NCBI GenBank assembly: GCA_945865565.1 | Contig: CAMBEK010000001.1 | Span: forward strand, 329,201 to 393,200 | Direction of reading: 5' to 3' | DNA: 64,000 nucleotides | Source: Pseudobacteriovorax antillogorgiicola | GTDB lineage: Bacteria; Bdellovibrionota_B; Oligoflexia; Oligoflexales; RGVZ01 | In this document: positions 19,704-29,729 of the stretch, piece by piece | Layout of the letters: every line of letters starts with the position of its first letter | How positions within the stretch are numbered: position 1 is the first letter of the stretch | Program-made: the position numbers and the translations under genes | Notes under the pieces: generated by a model | What the model saw: only the letters and a program-made list of their open reading frames with translations | Databases searched by the model: none | What the model was told of the DNA's origin: nothing

Positions 19704-19925
19704 ATGGATTTGCATAAATTAAAATCTGAGGAAATTCGCGGCTTTGACACCGTACGCTCCGTCGAGTTGGAGCACCAGGTTCGCCGGGAGCTGCACGACG
19801 CGCGGATGGACATATATAACCCGGCCGCCCGTGCTGGTGGTCGGATTCGGGGATTGAAGCGGACATTGGCTCGCTTGTTGACCCTTCGAGCTCCGGTGAC
19901 TAGTTCAGTAGTCAAGCGTAAGTAA
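19704..19925 (+). CDS. rpmC: 50S ribosomal protein L29 (divergent)
   Basis: Position between rplP and rpsQ; IRGLKRTLARLLT matches the L29 C-terminal helix. Confidence 0.85.
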   Translation: MDLHKLKSEEIRGFDTVRSVELEHQVRRELHDARMDIYNPAARAGGRIRGLKRTLARLLTLRAPVTSSVVKRK

Positions 19926-19961
19926 TTGTTTTTGCAACGTTCTTAGTAGAGAGAGCGAACT

Positions 19962-20237
19962 GTGAGTGAAGTAAATAAAATAGAAGACAGCGTAGGCCGC
20001 ACAATCCGGTGCACCGTGACCAGCGACAAGATGGAAAAGTCTCGCGTGGCTGTGGTAGAGCGTCTGGTAAAGCACCCCATGTTTGGCAAGTACATCCGTC
20101 GGCGTACAAAGCTGATGTTTCACGATGCCACTAACGTGACCAAGACCGGGGATGAAGTCCTCGTTCGGCAGACGCGCCCTCTGAGTGCACGCAAAAAGTT
20201 TGAATTGGTCAAAGTTGTCCGGGAAGCCCGCCGCTAA
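19962..20237 (+). CDS. rpsQ: 30S ribosomal protein S17
   Basis: SDKMEK, KHP..GKY, GDEV...TRPLS..K. Confidence 0.97.
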   Translation: MSEVNKIEDSVGRTIRCTVTSDKMEKSRVAVVERLVKHPMFGKYIRRRTKLMFHDATNVTKTGDEVLVRQTRPLSARKKFELVKVVREARR

Positions 20238-20275
20238 GCGGCCTAACCCTAAGACGTTGTGATACAGGTGATTTC

Positions 20276-20647
20276 ATGATCCAGATGGAAACAGTACTGA
20301 AAAGTGGCGACAACTCGGGCGCAAAGCGCCTGAAGTGTTTCAAAGTTCTTGGCGGAAGCCGCAAGCGCTTTGCAACTGTCGGAGACATCATTGTCGTCTC
20401 GATCAAGGAAGCCTTGCCTAACAGCAAGGTGGAAAAAGGAACCGTCCACAAGGCGGTTGTGGTTCGCACCGCGAAGGAAATCAAGCGCGCCGATGGGACG
20501 ACCATCCGCTTTGATGAAAACGCAGCTGTGTTGATCAAGGGCAAGGAAAACGAACCAGTCGGTACCCGTATCTTCGGACCGGTGGCGCGTGAGGTGAGGC
20601 AGAAGGGCTTCTCTCGCATCGCATCACTGGCACCGGAAGTTCTGTAG
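20276..20647 (+). CDS. rplN: 50S ribosomal protein L14
   Basis: [24 protein letters not shown]. Confidence 0.98.
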   Translation: MIQMETVLKSGDNSGAKRLKCFKVLGGSRKRFATVGDIIVVSIKEALPNSKVEKGTVHKAVVVRTAKEIKRADGTTIRFDENAAVLIKGKENEPVGTRIFGPVAREVRQKGFSRIASLAPEVL

Positions 20648-20728
20648 GCAGCGCCCCACAAGGTGATGCCCGGCAGGCCTCCGGAAGGGAAGGAAGCGGG
20701 TCCATTATGAAGGAAGAGAGAAAGTAGA

Positions 20729-21298
20729 ATGGCAAGCAAGACACCAAAAGAAAAACGCGATATGCCGCGCCTCCAGGCACAATTCGGCGAGTTCCGCGTG
20801 CAATTGCAAAAAGAGTTGGGTTTGAAGAACCCGATGCAAGTGCCCCATATCAAGAAGATCGTCGTTAATATCGGCGAGGGCGATGCTGTTGAAAACCGTA
20901 AGGCCCTCGAGGGCGCTGTGTCGGACATGACGTTGATCACCGGTCAGAAGCCGATCATGACCCGCGCAAAGAAGAGTATCGCAACTTTTAAATTGCGTCA
21001 GGGCATGCCGATTGGCTGCGCAGTGACGCTGCGCCGTCAGCGCATGTATGAATTTTTAGACCGGTTCATTAACGTTGCCGTTCCCCGCATTCGGGACTTC
21101 CGCGGATTTTCCCCAAAGGCATTTGACGGCCGCGGCTGCTACACGCTCGGCGTCAAGGAACAGATCATTTTCCCAGAAATCGACTATGACAAGGTGGACA
21201 AGATCCGCGGCATGGGTATCACGATTGTGACGTCTGCCAGGACCGACGTTGAAGCTAAGGCGCTTCTCGAGAAGTTCAACTTTCCATTCCGGAAATAA
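20729..21298 (+). CDS. rplE: 50S ribosomal protein L5
   Basis: [31 protein letters not shown]. Confidence 0.98.
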   Translation: MASKTPKEKRDMPRLQAQFGEFRVQLQKELGLKNPMQVPHIKKIVVNIGEGDAVENRKALEGAVSDMTLITGQKPIMTRAKKSIATFKLRQGMPIGCAVTLRRQRMYEFLDRFINVAVPRIRDFRGFSPKAFDGRGCYTLGVKEQIIFPEIDYDKVDKIRGMGITIVTSARTDVEAKALLEKFNFPFRK

Positions 21299-21337
21299 AG
21301 TACGAAGTCAGCGAGAGCTGAAAGGAGCATAGGAACA

Positions 21338-21523
21338 ATGGCCAAGAAAGCCATGATTGAAAAGTGCAACCGCGAACCAAAGTTCGCCGTGAGGGCTTAC
21401 ACCCGTTGCACGAAGTGCGGTCGACCGAAGGCTGTGTACCGCAAATTCGGCATTTGCCGGATCTGTTTCCGTACGATGGCGCTTAAGGGCCAGCTGCCCG
21501 GCGTACTTAAAGCTTCCTGGTAA
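21338..21523 (+). CDS. rpsN: 30S ribosomal protein S14, zinc-binding short type
   Basis: 61 aa; RCTKCGR...CRICFR, LPGV.KASW. Confidence 0.97.
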   Translation: MAKKAMIEKCNREPKFAVRAYTRCTKCGRPKAVYRKFGICRICFRTMALKGQLPGVLKASW

Positions 21524-21560
21524 TTCAGCACACGAGAAGGCTCTGCCTTAGGAGATATCG

Positions 21561-21959
21561 ATGAACGTATGTGACCCAATTTCTGATCTGCTCGCAAGGA
21601 TCCGCAACGGCCAAAAGGCCGGACACGAAGTGGTGTCGGTCCCTGCTTCAGCAATGAAAATTGCTATCACGCACCTTCTGAAAGAAGAAGGTTTTGTCCG
21701 GAATTACAAATGTATCCGCGATCGCAAGCAAGGCATGATCAAGATTGCCTTGAACTACCGCGAAGACGGTGACGGAGTGATCCTGGGTATCAAACGCATC
21801 AGCAAGCCGAGCCGCCGCGTGTATGTCGGCACGGATAAGATTCCGTTTGTAAAGAACGGTTTTGGAACTGCGATCTTGTCGACTTCGCGTGGAGTCATGA
21901 CGTGTCGTGAGGCCCGCAAGCAGCGTTTGGGTGGCGAGCATCTCTGCTCTATATTCTAA
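21561..21959 (+). CDS. rpsH: 30S ribosomal protein S8
   Basis: DPISDLL.RIRN, RISKP.RRVY, STSRGVMT. Confidence 0.97.
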   Translation: MNVCDPISDLLARIRNGQKAGHEVVSVPASAMKIAITHLLKEEGFVRNYKCIRDRKQGMIKIALNYREDGDGVILGIKRISKPSRRVYVGTDKIPFVKNGFGTAILSTSRGVMTCREARKQRLGGEHLCSIF

Positions 21960-22015
21960 AATTGGCCTCAGGCGCGTGCCTTGGGGTTTGAGTAAAGTTT
22001 GAAGGGGACTTCAAA

Positions 22016-22558
22016 ATGTCTCGTATCGGTAAAAAGCCAATCGCCTTGCCAAAAGGCGTTGAAGTAAAAATCGACGGCAGCCTGATTCAGGTCAAGGGGC
22101 CAAAGGGTCAGTTGAGCCATAAGGTCCATGACACCATGTCAGTCGTCGTTGATGGCGGTGTGGTTACGGTTGTTCCGAAAAGTGGCCGCAACGATATCGG
22201 TCAGTTCCACGGATTGACCCGCACCCTAGTCACGAACATGGTGACTGGTGTGTCTGATGGATTCTCAAAAACGCTTACCTTGGTGGGCGTTGGCTATCGC
22301 GCGGCAGTAAAAGGAAAGGGAATATCCCTGAACCTTGGGCACAGCCACCCGATTGACTTCGATGCTCCTGCTGGAATCGACATAAAAGTCGATAAGTTGA
22401 CGACGATTATCGTATCCGGTGCTGACAAAGAGTTGGTTGGTCGCGTTTCGGCAACCTTGCGGGGATTGCGCGCTCCTGAGCCATACCATGGTAAAGGCGC
22501 CCGGTACGCGGATGAAGTTATTGCTACGAAGGTTGGTAAGGCTGCTGGTAAGAAGTAA
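22016..22558 (+). CDS. rplF: 50S ribosomal protein L6
   Basis: MSRIGK, VKGPKG, GVGYRA, PEPY.GKG. Confidence 0.98.
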   Translation: MSRIGKKPIALPKGVEVKIDGSLIQVKGPKGQLSHKVHDTMSVVVDGGVVTVVPKSGRNDIGQFHGLTRTLVTNMVTGVSDGFSKTLTLVGVGYRAAVKGKGISLNLGHSHPIDFDAPAGIDIKVDKLTTIIVSGADKELVGRVSATLRGLRAPEPYHGKGARYADEVIATKVGKAAGKK

Positions 22559-22599
22559 CCAGTCTCGGATCCAGCGGCGGTCACGATAAGGAAGTATCT

Positions 22600-22956
22600 A
22601 TGAGTTCGATGAATGTTAAGTCAGCAATGCGCGCCCGCAGGAAGCTTCGCGGTCGCAAGAAAATCTCTGGCACTCCAGAGCGCCCCCGGATGTCGGTATT
22701 CCGCTCCGCGCGCCATGTTTTCGTGCAGGTTGTCGATGACAACACTGGCAAGACCTTGGTTTCCGTCGGTACCTTTGCAAAAGGCAAGGCCGAGCGTGCT
22801 AATAAAGATGTCTGCGCAGAAGTCGGCAAAACAGTTGCGGCCAAGTGCAAAGAAAAGAACATAACCAAAGTCGTCTTCGACAAGAACGGTTACACATACC
22901 ACGGCCGCATCAAGGCCTTGGCAGATGGTGCCCGCGAAGCTGGTCTGGATTTCTAA
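22600..22956 (+). CDS. rplR: 50S ribosomal protein L18
   Basis: GTPERPR, VVFD...YHGRIKALADGAREAGL. Confidence 0.97.
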   Translation: MSSMNVKSAMRARRKLRGRKKISGTPERPRMSVFRSARHVFVQVVDDNTGKTLVSVGTFAKGKAERANKDVCAEVGKTVAAKCKEKNITKVVFDKNGYTYHGRIKALADGAREAGLDF

Positions 22957-22977
22957 AGGACTCCCGAGAGGTAACCT

Positions 22978-23580
22978 GTGTCAAAAGAAACCAAAGAGCC
23001 AAGAAAAGTAGATGAACGGGACAACGATGGTCTTCAGGATCGGGTTGTTCACATTGCTCGCGTTGCGAAGGTCGTGAAGGGCGGTCGCCGCTTCAGCTTC
23101 AGTGCGCTGGTGGTGGTGGGCGATGGCCGCGAGAAGGTCGGTTTCGGACTGGGTAAAGCCAGCGAAGTGCCGGACGCGATTCGCAAGGCGTCGGAACAGG
23201 CAAAAAAGAACATGACCAAAATCCCGATGGTCGACGGAACGATTCCGTTTGATGTAACGGGTAAGTTCGGTTCCGCTCGCGTTATCATGTTCCCAGCCAA
23301 AAAAGGTAAAGGGATCATTGCCGGTGGTGCAGTTCGGATTCTGGTTGAACTTGGTGGTGTTCAAGACATCATCTGCAAAGTTCACGGAACAAAAAACCAC
23401 CAAAACGTGGTTCGCGCGGCAATGGACGGCCTGAAACAACTGATGCTTCCGGAGCAGTACGCCGCCTACCGCGGCAAGGTTGCGGAAGAAACCAGGCAGA
23501 TTCGCCAAAGCAAGTCTGAAATCCGTCGCTCAACCAAGGTTGCTGCCAGCAAATCTGGTACGGCCAAGGCGAAGAAGTAA
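22978..23580 (+). CDS. rpsE: 30S ribosomal protein S5
   Basis: RVAKVVKGGRRFSFSALVVVGD; basic C-terminal extension. Confidence 0.98.
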   Translation: MSKETKEPRKVDERDNDGLQDRVVHIARVAKVVKGGRRFSFSALVVVGDGREKVGFGLGKASEVPDAIRKASEQAKKNMTKIPMVDGTIPFDVTGKFGSARVIMFPAKKGKGIIAGGAVRILVELGGVQDIICKVHGTKNHQNVVRAAMDGLKQLMLPEQYAAYRGKVAEETRQIRQSKSEIRRSTKVAASKSGTAKAKK

Positions 23581-23601
23581 GGTCTGAAAGGGAACTGGGA
23601 A

Positions 23602-23784
23602 ATGTCAGAGATCGTCGTTAAGCAACATCGCAGCCTGATTGGTCAGTCGGAAGCCAACAGGAAAGTTGTCAAAGCCCTTGGTTTAGGCCGTATCGGTCGT
23701 ACCAAGATTCACAAGGACAATAACTGCATCCGTGGAATGATCAACAAGGTGAAGCACCTTGTTACGTATGAGCTGAAGGGTTGA
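23602..23784 (+). CDS. rpmD: 50S ribosomal protein L30
   Basis: RSLIG...ALGL...IRGMINKVKHLV. Confidence 0.96.
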   Translation: MSEIVVKQHRSLIGQSEANRKVVKALGLGRIGRTKIHKDNNCIRGMINKVKHLVTYELKG

Positions 23785-23786
23785 AC

Positions 23787-24260
23787 ATGCCAACCAAAAA
23801 ACCTGAAACAGCAGTGATGAAAACTCTTGGAAACGTGGCTCCAGCGAAGGGCTCCAACACCAAGATCAAGCGTATCGGACGCGGTATTGGTAGCGGTTTG
23901 GGCAAAACGTCTGCCCATGGCGGTAAAGGCCAGACGGCTCGCGCCGGTGGTGGCATCCGGGCCGGTTTTGAAGGTGGCCAAATGCCTCTTTATCGCCGTC
24001 TTCCAAAGCGTGGATTCACCAATTTGTTCGCTAGACGTTTTAATGCGATCAATGTTTCTGACTTGAATCGTTTTGAATCCGGCGCACGTGTTGATCGTGA
24101 GGCTCTTGCCAAGGCTGGACTCGTCAGATTTGATGATCTCCCGATGAAGCTGCTGGGTAATGGCAAGCTGGAGAAGAAGCTGACGGTTTTGGTCAATAAG
24201 GCGAGTGCATCGGCCAAGCAGGCCGTTGAAAAATTGGGCGGTAAAGTCGAGGAGATCTAA
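23787..24260 (+). CDS. rplO: 50S ribosomal protein L15
   Basis: GRGIGSG.GKT..G.KGQ, FEGGQMPL.RRLPKRGF. Confidence 0.97.
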   Translation: MPTKKPETAVMKTLGNVAPAKGSNTKIKRIGRGIGSGLGKTSAHGGKGQTARAGGGIRAGFEGGQMPLYRRLPKRGFTNLFARRFNAINVSDLNRFESGARVDREALAKAGLVRFDDLPMKLLGNGKLEKKLTVLVNKASASAKQAVEKLGGKVEEI

Positions 24261-24262
24261 GA

Positions 24263-25585
24263 GTGGCCCAGGCGATTTCGAAGCTACCGGAAGGCACGCT
24301 GAACCACCTGCAGAAGAAAATCCTGTACACACTGGGATTTCTTGCGATCTACCGAATTGGGGTGCATGTCCCGATTCCCGGCGTAGATACTGAGGCTCTT
24401 AGTGAGTTTTTCAAGACACAAGGCGCGAACCTGTTCGGCATGTTCAACATGTTTTCAGGTGGGGCCCTCGAGAGGTTCTCGGTCTTCGCCCTTGGGGTGA
24501 TGCCTTACATTTCGGCGTCTATTATTGCGCAGTTGCTGACTGTGGTTGTTCCGCACCTTGAGGCCCTATCCAAAGAGGGTGAAGCCGGGCGCCGGAAAAT
24601 CACCCAGTACACCCGGTACGGCACTATCGTTCTGGCCTTCGTTCAAGGCTATATGATCGCGACCACATTAGAAGCGGCGCCTTTTCAGGGCAGCTCGCTT
24701 GTGCTTGCGGGTGGTATGGGTTGGAGAATCATGACCACGCTTTCCCTGACGGCAGGAACAGCATTCGTTATGTGGCTTGGGGAGCAGATCACCGAACGCG
24801 GTGTTGGCAACGGCATGTCTTTGATCATTTTCGCTGGCATCGTTGCGGGACTGCCTGGCGTTATCGGCTCGACATATAGCCAATTTGCTCATGCTCAACT
24901 CGATCTTGCGCGCATCGCCCTTCTCGGTGGGGTGATTATCTGTGTAATTGCTGGCGTTGTTTTCCTTGAAAACGGCGTTCGACAGGTGCCGATTCAGTAC
25001 GCAAAGCGTCAGGTTGGCGGGCGAATCTACGGTGGTCAAAATTCCCATCTTCCGATCCGTATCAACGCAGCTGGCGTTATCCCTCCGATTTTCGCAAGTT
25101 CGCTTTTACAGTTTCCTTTGACCATTTCAGCGGTTGCTCCAAATTCCAAGATCGCTGGTTTCATTTCTACGAACCTGAATCCGGGCGGCTGGCTGTACAA
25201 CAGCGTGTATGTAGCGATGATTATTTTCTTTGCTTACTTCTATACGTCCATCACGTTCAAACCGGATGAAATTGCCGAGAATCTGAAGAAACACGGTGGG
25301 TTCGTCCCAGGCATCCGTCCTGGTACGAAAACGGCAGAGTTTATGGAACGTATTGTGAGTCGCCTGACGCTTTCTGGGGCGCTTTACCTTTCTGCGATTT
25401 GCGTCCTTCCCACCATTCTGACCGGAAATTTCAACGTTCAGTTCTACTTTGGCGGAACGAGCCTTCTGATTGTTGTTGGTACGGCTCTTGAAACCTTTCG
25501 CCAGATCGAAGCGCACCGGCAGAGCCTGCGTTATGATTCATTTTTGAAGCGCGGTGCGATTCGTCCCCGTCGGGGAACGGTATGA
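24263..25585 (+). CDS. secY: Preprotein translocase subunit SecY
   Basis: FSVFALGVMPYISASII, GVGNG.SLIIF, IPPIFA, PGIRPG, GGTSLLIVV. Confidence 0.98.
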   Translation: MAQAISKLPEGTLNHLQKKILYTLGFLAIYRIGVHVPIPGVDTEALSEFFKTQGANLFGMFNMFSGGALERFSVFALGVMPYISASIIAQLLTVVVPHLEALSKEGEAGRRKITQYTRYGTIVLAFVQGYMIATTLEAAPFQGSSLVLAGGMGWRIMTTLSLTAGTAFVMWLGEQITERGVGNGMSLIIFAGIVAGLPGVIGSTYSQFAHAQLDLARIALLGGVIICVIAGVVFLENGVRQVPIQYAKRQVGGRIYGGQNSHLPIRINAAGVIPPIFASSLLQFPLTISAVAPNSKIAGFISTNLNPGGWLYNSVYVAMIIFFAYFYTSITFKPDEIAENLKKHGGFVPGIRPGTKTAEFMERIVSRLTLSGALYLSAICVLPTILTGNFNVQFYFGGTSLLIVVGTALETFRQIEAHRQSLRYDSFLKRGAIRPRRGTV

Positions 25586-26229
25586 TCGTTGTTCTCACGG
25601 GAGCTCCCGGGGCCGGAAAAGGCACCCAAGCCGACATGATTGCTTCTCGCGCGGGCTTCCGGAAGGTTTCTACGGGCGACGCACTTCGCAAGCACGTTCA
25701 GATCAAGTCGCTAATCGGTCAGCAGGCTGAGGCCGTGATGGCCAGGGGCGAGCTAGTTTCCGACGAGATTCTGTTTGAGATTTTACGTGAGGAACTAGGA
25801 CCTAACCCAGAAGAGAAAATCCTTCTGGATGGCTATCCACGGAATGTGGCTCAGGCCAAGACTTTGAATTCTTTGGGTAAAGTTCATCCGGTTGTATTGG
25901 CGATCCATCTCGATGTCGATGCCAGCGAGTTGGTTACCCGGTTGAGTGGTCGTCGGGTCTGTGGGAATTGCGGCGCGACCTTCCATGTGAGATTGACCCC
26001 AACCAAGGCCAGCGGCATTTGCGATAAGTGTGGGGGAAGTTTGCAGCAGCGGACGGATGATCGCGAAGAGAGCGTCCGGACGAGGTTGTCTGTCTATGAT
26101 TCAACGACAAAGCCAGTTCTCGAATATTACAGGGAAAAAGGGCTTTACGACCGAGTTGATGGCAAGGGTACTACAGAAGAGGTTTTTAGTAAGTTGAATG
26201 CCAGTCTTAATCGGCTTGGTCTCACTTAA
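25582..26229 (+). CDS. adk: Adenylate kinase with zinc-type LID
   Basis: GAPGAGKGTQ, LDGYPRN, CGNC...CDKC. Confidence 0.97.
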   Translation: MIVVLTGAPGAGKGTQADMIASRAGFRKVSTGDALRKHVQIKSLIGQQAEAVMARGELVSDEILFEILREELGPNPEEKILLDGYPRNVAQAKTLNSLGKVHPVVLAIHLDVDASELVTRLSGRRVCGNCGATFHVRLTPTKASGICDKCGGSLQQRTDDREESVRTRLSVYDSTTKPVLEYYREKGLYDRVDGKGTTEEVFSKLNASLNRLGLT

Positions 26230-26323
26230 GTCTTCAAGCCTAAAAAGCTTGCAGGTGAAGTTGCTTTAGGTTAGTTTGCCGCACCTTTGTGTCCACAGGG
26301 GTGCGCCTATTTGAAAGAGCTTG

Positions 26324-26542
26324 ATGTCAAAAGAAGAAGTCATTGAAGTCGAAGGCGTTGTTAAAGAACCGCTCCCGAACGCTATGTTTCGGGTACGGCT
26401 TGAGAACGGACATGAGGTTCTCGCTCACATCAGCGGAAAGATGAGGATGCACTTCATCAAGATTCTTCCTGGGGACAAGGTGAAGTTGGAAATTTCGCCC
26501 TACGATTTGACTCGTGGGCGGATTACATATCGCGCGAAGTAG
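26324..26542 (+). CDS. infA: Translation initiation factor IF-1
   Basis: [26 protein letters not shown]. Confidence 0.98.
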   Translation: MSKEEVIEVEGVVKEPLPNAMFRVRLENGHEVLAHISGKMRMHFIKILPGDKVKLEISPYDLTRGRITYRAK

Positions 26543-26580
26543 CACCAGTATTCGGCAGTTTTAAAAGGGAATGGTGGGTT

Positions 26581-26694
26581 ATGAAAGTTAGAGCAAGCGT
26601 GAAGCCAATTTGTGAGAAGTGCAAGGTTATCCGCCGCAAGAACGTCGTGCGGGTGATTTGCTCGGTTGGCAAGCACAAGCAGAAGCAGGGGTAA
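26581..26694 (+). CDS. rpmJ: 50S ribosomal protein L36 (zinc type); below ORF-track cutoff
   Basis: Manual translation [37 protein letters not shown]. Confidence 0.97.
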   Translation: MKVRASVKPICEKCKVIRRKNVVRVICSVGKHKQKQG

Positions 26695-26700
26695 GGATCC

Positions 26701-27078
26701 ATGGCACGTATTGCAGGTGTTGACCTTCCAGGTCAAAAACGCATCGAAATCGCTCTCACGAGCATCTTTGGAATCGGCCGCAAGACCGCTCAGCAGGTCG
26801 TTCGCGAGGCAGGGCTCAAGCCTGAAGTCCGCGCTGCTGATCTTGATTCCAATGAAGTCAACGCACTCCGCAAAGTCATCGACAGCAAGTTGGTTGTCGA
26901 AGGTGATTTGCGTCGTGAAATCGCCTTGTCGGTAAAGCGCCTCATGGACTTGAACTGCACGCGTGGCATTCGCCATCGCAAAGGTTTGCCAGTCCGCGGT
27001 CAGCGCACTAAGACGAATGCCCGTACCCGTAAGGGTCCGCGCAAAACGATCGCCGGCAAGAAAAAAGCTCCTACTTGA
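26701..27078 (+). CDS. rpsM: 30S ribosomal protein S13
   Basis: [26 protein letters not shown]. Confidence 0.98.
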   Translation: MARIAGVDLPGQKRIEIALTSIFGIGRKTAQQVVREAGLKPEVRAADLDSNEVNALRKVIDSKLVVEGDLRREIALSVKRLMDLNCTRGIRHRKGLPVRGQRTKTNARTRKGPRKTIAGKKKAPT

Positions 27079-27098
27079 TAGAAAGGTAGCAAATAGTC

Positions 27099-27497
27099 AT
27101 GGCAACTAAACCAGCAGCAACTGGTCTTAAGAAGAAGAAAGTCAAGCGCAACGTCCCAGCGGGAGTTGTGCACATAAAGGCTAGCTTCAACAACACACTC
27201 ATTACATTCACCGACGTCAATGGCGATGTGGTGGCTTGGTCGAGTTCGGGTAGCAAGGGTTTTAAGGGGTCGCGTAAAAGCACACCATTTGCAGCGCAAA
27301 TGGCGGCTGAGGAAGCGTCTCGCAAGGCAATGGATTCCGGCATGCGTACGGTGTCTGTTCTCGTCAGCGGTCCCGGTTCGGGCCGTGAGAGTGCAGTTCG
27401 TGCAGTTGCAGCTGCTGGGATGCGTGTGGCCATGATCAAGGATGTCACCCCGATCCCGCACAACGGCTGCCGCCCATCGAAACGCCGTCGGGTTTAA
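27099..27497 (+). CDS. rpsK: 30S ribosomal protein S11
   Basis: [25 protein letters not shown]. Confidence 0.98.
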   Translation: MATKPAATGLKKKKVKRNVPAGVVHIKASFNNTLITFTDVNGDVVAWSSSGSKGFKGSRKSTPFAAQMAAEEASRKAMDSGMRTVSVLVSGPGSGRESAVRAVAAAGMRVAMIKDVTPIPHNGCRPSKRRRV

Positions 27498-27525
27498 TCA
27501 ACAGCATTGAAGAAGGGGTAATCCA

Positions 27526-28152
27526 GTGGCCCGATATACCGGTCCAGTTTGCAGGCTCTGTCGTCGTGAAGGCGAGAAGCTCTTTTTGAAGGGCGATCGT
27601 TGCTTCACCGACCGTTGTTCGTTTGAGCGTCGTGGATACGCACCTGGCCAGCATGGTCAGCGTCGCACGAAGCTCTCGGAATTTGGCGTGCAGATGCGCG
27701 AAAAGCAGAAAGTTAAGAGGGTGTACGGCCTTCTTGAACGTCCACTTCGCAACCTGTTTGCTAAGTCGGACAAAGAACGCGGCGTGACGTCGGAAATATT
27801 TTTCCGCAACCTCGAACTCCGTTTGGACAACGTCGTCTACCGTATGGGCTTTGCCCGTAGCCGTAACGAGGCCAAACAAATCGTTCGGCACAACCACATC
27901 CTTGTCAATGGCAAGCGTTGCAACATTCCAAGTGCACGTATGAGCGTTGGAGATGAGGTCAGTTTGGAAGCAGTCAGCCAGAAGCAAGCACGTTTCACCT
28001 TGGCTTCGGATCTGTTCTCTAGGCGCGCTGCTCTTGCTTGGTTCCAAGTGGACCATGCCAAATTTAGTGGCAAAGTGACTGCCGAACCGACGCGTGCAGA
28101 CATTCATATGAATGTGAAAGAGCGTCTCATCGTTGAACTGTACAACAAATAA
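27526..28152 (+). CDS. rpsD: 30S ribosomal protein S4 (zinc-ribbon type)
   Basis: MARYTGPVCRLCRREG, LELRLDNVVYR. Confidence 0.98.
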   Translation: MARYTGPVCRLCRREGEKLFLKGDRCFTDRCSFERRGYAPGQHGQRRTKLSEFGVQMREKQKVKRVYGLLERPLRNLFAKSDKERGVTSEIFFRNLELRLDNVVYRMGFARSRNEAKQIVRHNHILVNGKRCNIPSARMSVGDEVSLEAVSQKQARFTLASDLFSRRAALAWFQVDHAKFSGKVTAEPTRADIHMNVKERLIVELYNK

Positions 28153-28187
28153 TTTTGTTGTCCTGATACTGTCGGGAGAAAAGCGCC

Positions 28188-29198
28188 ATGCATCGTAATT
28201 GGCAAGGGTTGATCAAACCAAAGAATATTGAGACGGAAGCGCTCACTGATACCTACGGCAAGTTCGTGGCAAAGCCGCTCGAGCGTGGTTACGGCCTTAC
28301 GCTCGGCAATTCGCTCCGCCGCGCACTTCTCGCAAGTCTTAACGGCGCCGCGATTGTTGCCGTTCGCATTGCTGGTGTGGAGCACGAGTTTTCGACCATT
28401 CAGGGAGTCAAAGAAGATGTAACAGACATCATTTTGAACCTGAAGCAGGTCAATCTCCGTTACTTGGGCGAGAAAGACAGCCGCATTTCAATCAAAGCAT
28501 CTTCTGAAGGTGTCGTGCGGGCGAAGGACATCATCACCAGTGGTGATGTTGAAATTCTTAACCCGGAGCAGATTATCGCAACCGTCGGTCACGACGGTTC
28601 CTTGGACATGGAAATGGTTGTTCGCCATGGACGTGGCTACGTTTCTGCGGAAGACAACAGATCTGATGATTTCCCAGCGGATTTCATCGCGATTGATTCG
28701 ATTTTTGCGCCGGTTCGTCGTGTATCGTACAACGTATCAAACGCCCGCGTGGGACAGATGACGGATTACGACAAACTGAGCATTGAAATTTGGACCAACG
28801 GCGCAGTTCGTCCTGATGACGCACTTGCCTATTCAGCAAAGATCATCAAAGAGCAGCTCACCATTTTCGTCAACTTTGACGAGGATGAAGAGGAAGAGCA
28901 GCGTCGCGCCGAAGAGACCAAGCCAGTCAACGCCTCGTTGAACGACAATTTGTTCAAGACGGTTGATTCTCTTGAGTTGAGCGTTCGCGCAGCCAACTGT
29001 CTCGAGAATGCCAATATCAAGTTCATTGGCGAACTCGTGACGAAGTCAGAGAACGAAATGTTGAAGACAAAGAACTTTGGCCGCAAGTCCCTGAACGAAA
29101 TCAAGGATATCTTGGCTGAAATGGGTCTGTCGCTGGGCATGAAGATTGATGGGTTTGACCCGTCGACCCTGCGTTCAAAAGACCAGGAACACAACTAG
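28188..29198 (+). CDS. rpoA: RNA polymerase alpha subunit
   Basis: PLERGYG.TLGNSLRR, LELSVRA.NCL, NFGRKSL.EIK. Confidence 0.98.
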   Translation: MHRNWQGLIKPKNIETEALTDTYGKFVAKPLERGYGLTLGNSLRRALLASLNGAAIVAVRIAGVEHEFSTIQGVKEDVTDIILNLKQVNLRYLGEKDSRISIKASSEGVVRAKDIITSGDVEILNPEQIIATVGHDGSLDMEMVVRHGRGYVSAEDNRSDDFPADFIAIDSIFAPVRRVSYNVSNARVGQMTDYDKLSIEIWTNGAVRPDDALAYSAKIIKEQLTIFVNFDEDEEEEQRRAEETKPVNASLNDNLFKTVDSLELSVRAANCLENANIKFIGELVTKSENEMLKTKNFGRKSLNEIKDILAEMGLSLGMKIDGFDPSTLRSKDQEHN

Positions 29199-29216
29199 GA
29201 TCACGGAGCACGTGTT

Positions 29217-29594
29217 ATGAACCACGGTTTTGGATATCGTAAACTTGGCCGCAAAACGGCTCACCGCAAGGCACTTTTGCGCAACATGGCGACCTCAATG
29301 GTCCTTCATGAGCGCATTGAGACCACCCTGCACAAAGCAAAAGAACTCAGCAGTGTCGTCGAGAAATTGGTCACACTTGGGAAGCGGGGCGACCTACACG
29401 CCCGCCGCCAGGCCGCCAGCTTTTTCTTTGATGACGCCGCCGTGTCAAAGGTTTTTTCCGACTTGGGCCCCCGTTTCAAGGATCGTTCCGGTGGTTACAC
29501 CAGAATTCTCCGCCGCGGGAACCGTGCTGGTGACAACGCAGAACTTGCTACGATTGAGTTCGTAGACTTTAAGTTTGTCGCAGCCGCCAAGTAG
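29217..29594 (+). CDS. rplQ: 50S ribosomal protein L17
   Basis: [31 protein letters not shown]. Confidence 0.98.
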   Translation: MNHGFGYRKLGRKTAHRKALLRNMATSMVLHERIETTLHKAKELSSVVEKLVTLGKRGDLHARRQAASFFFDDAAVSKVFSDLGPRFKDRSGGYTRILRRGNRAGDNAELATIEFVDFKFVAAAK

Positions 29595-29633
29595 GCTCCG
29601 TTCCGGCTTGAACTGATAAGCGCTCTGAATGTC

Positions 29634-29669
29634 AAACCTTCCCCAGAAATACTGGGGAAGGTTTTTTTT
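29634..29669 (+). terminator. Intrinsic terminator of the ribosomal superoperon
   Basis: AAACCTTCCCCAG-AAATA-CTGGGGAAGGTTT, with the T run extending to 8 Ts. Confidence 0.9.
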
Positions 29670-29729
29670 ATGGCTCCATATTTGGTAGATTAAGTAGAGA
29701 TAAAATCGCGACAGATTGAGGGGTTGAGA

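Noticed and set aside
20648-20728. Possible rplX remnant (frame reading QGDARQASGREGSG, loosely like the L24 GD...GKDKG motif)
   Set aside because: Too short and low-complexity, with spacing that does not match; cannot be supported as a pseudogene.
14970-29200. Many long antisense ORFs over ribosomal genes (e.g. 17139-17978, 20209-20940, 27445-28107)
   Set aside because: Shadow frames of highly biased, conserved genes; no recognisable motifs.
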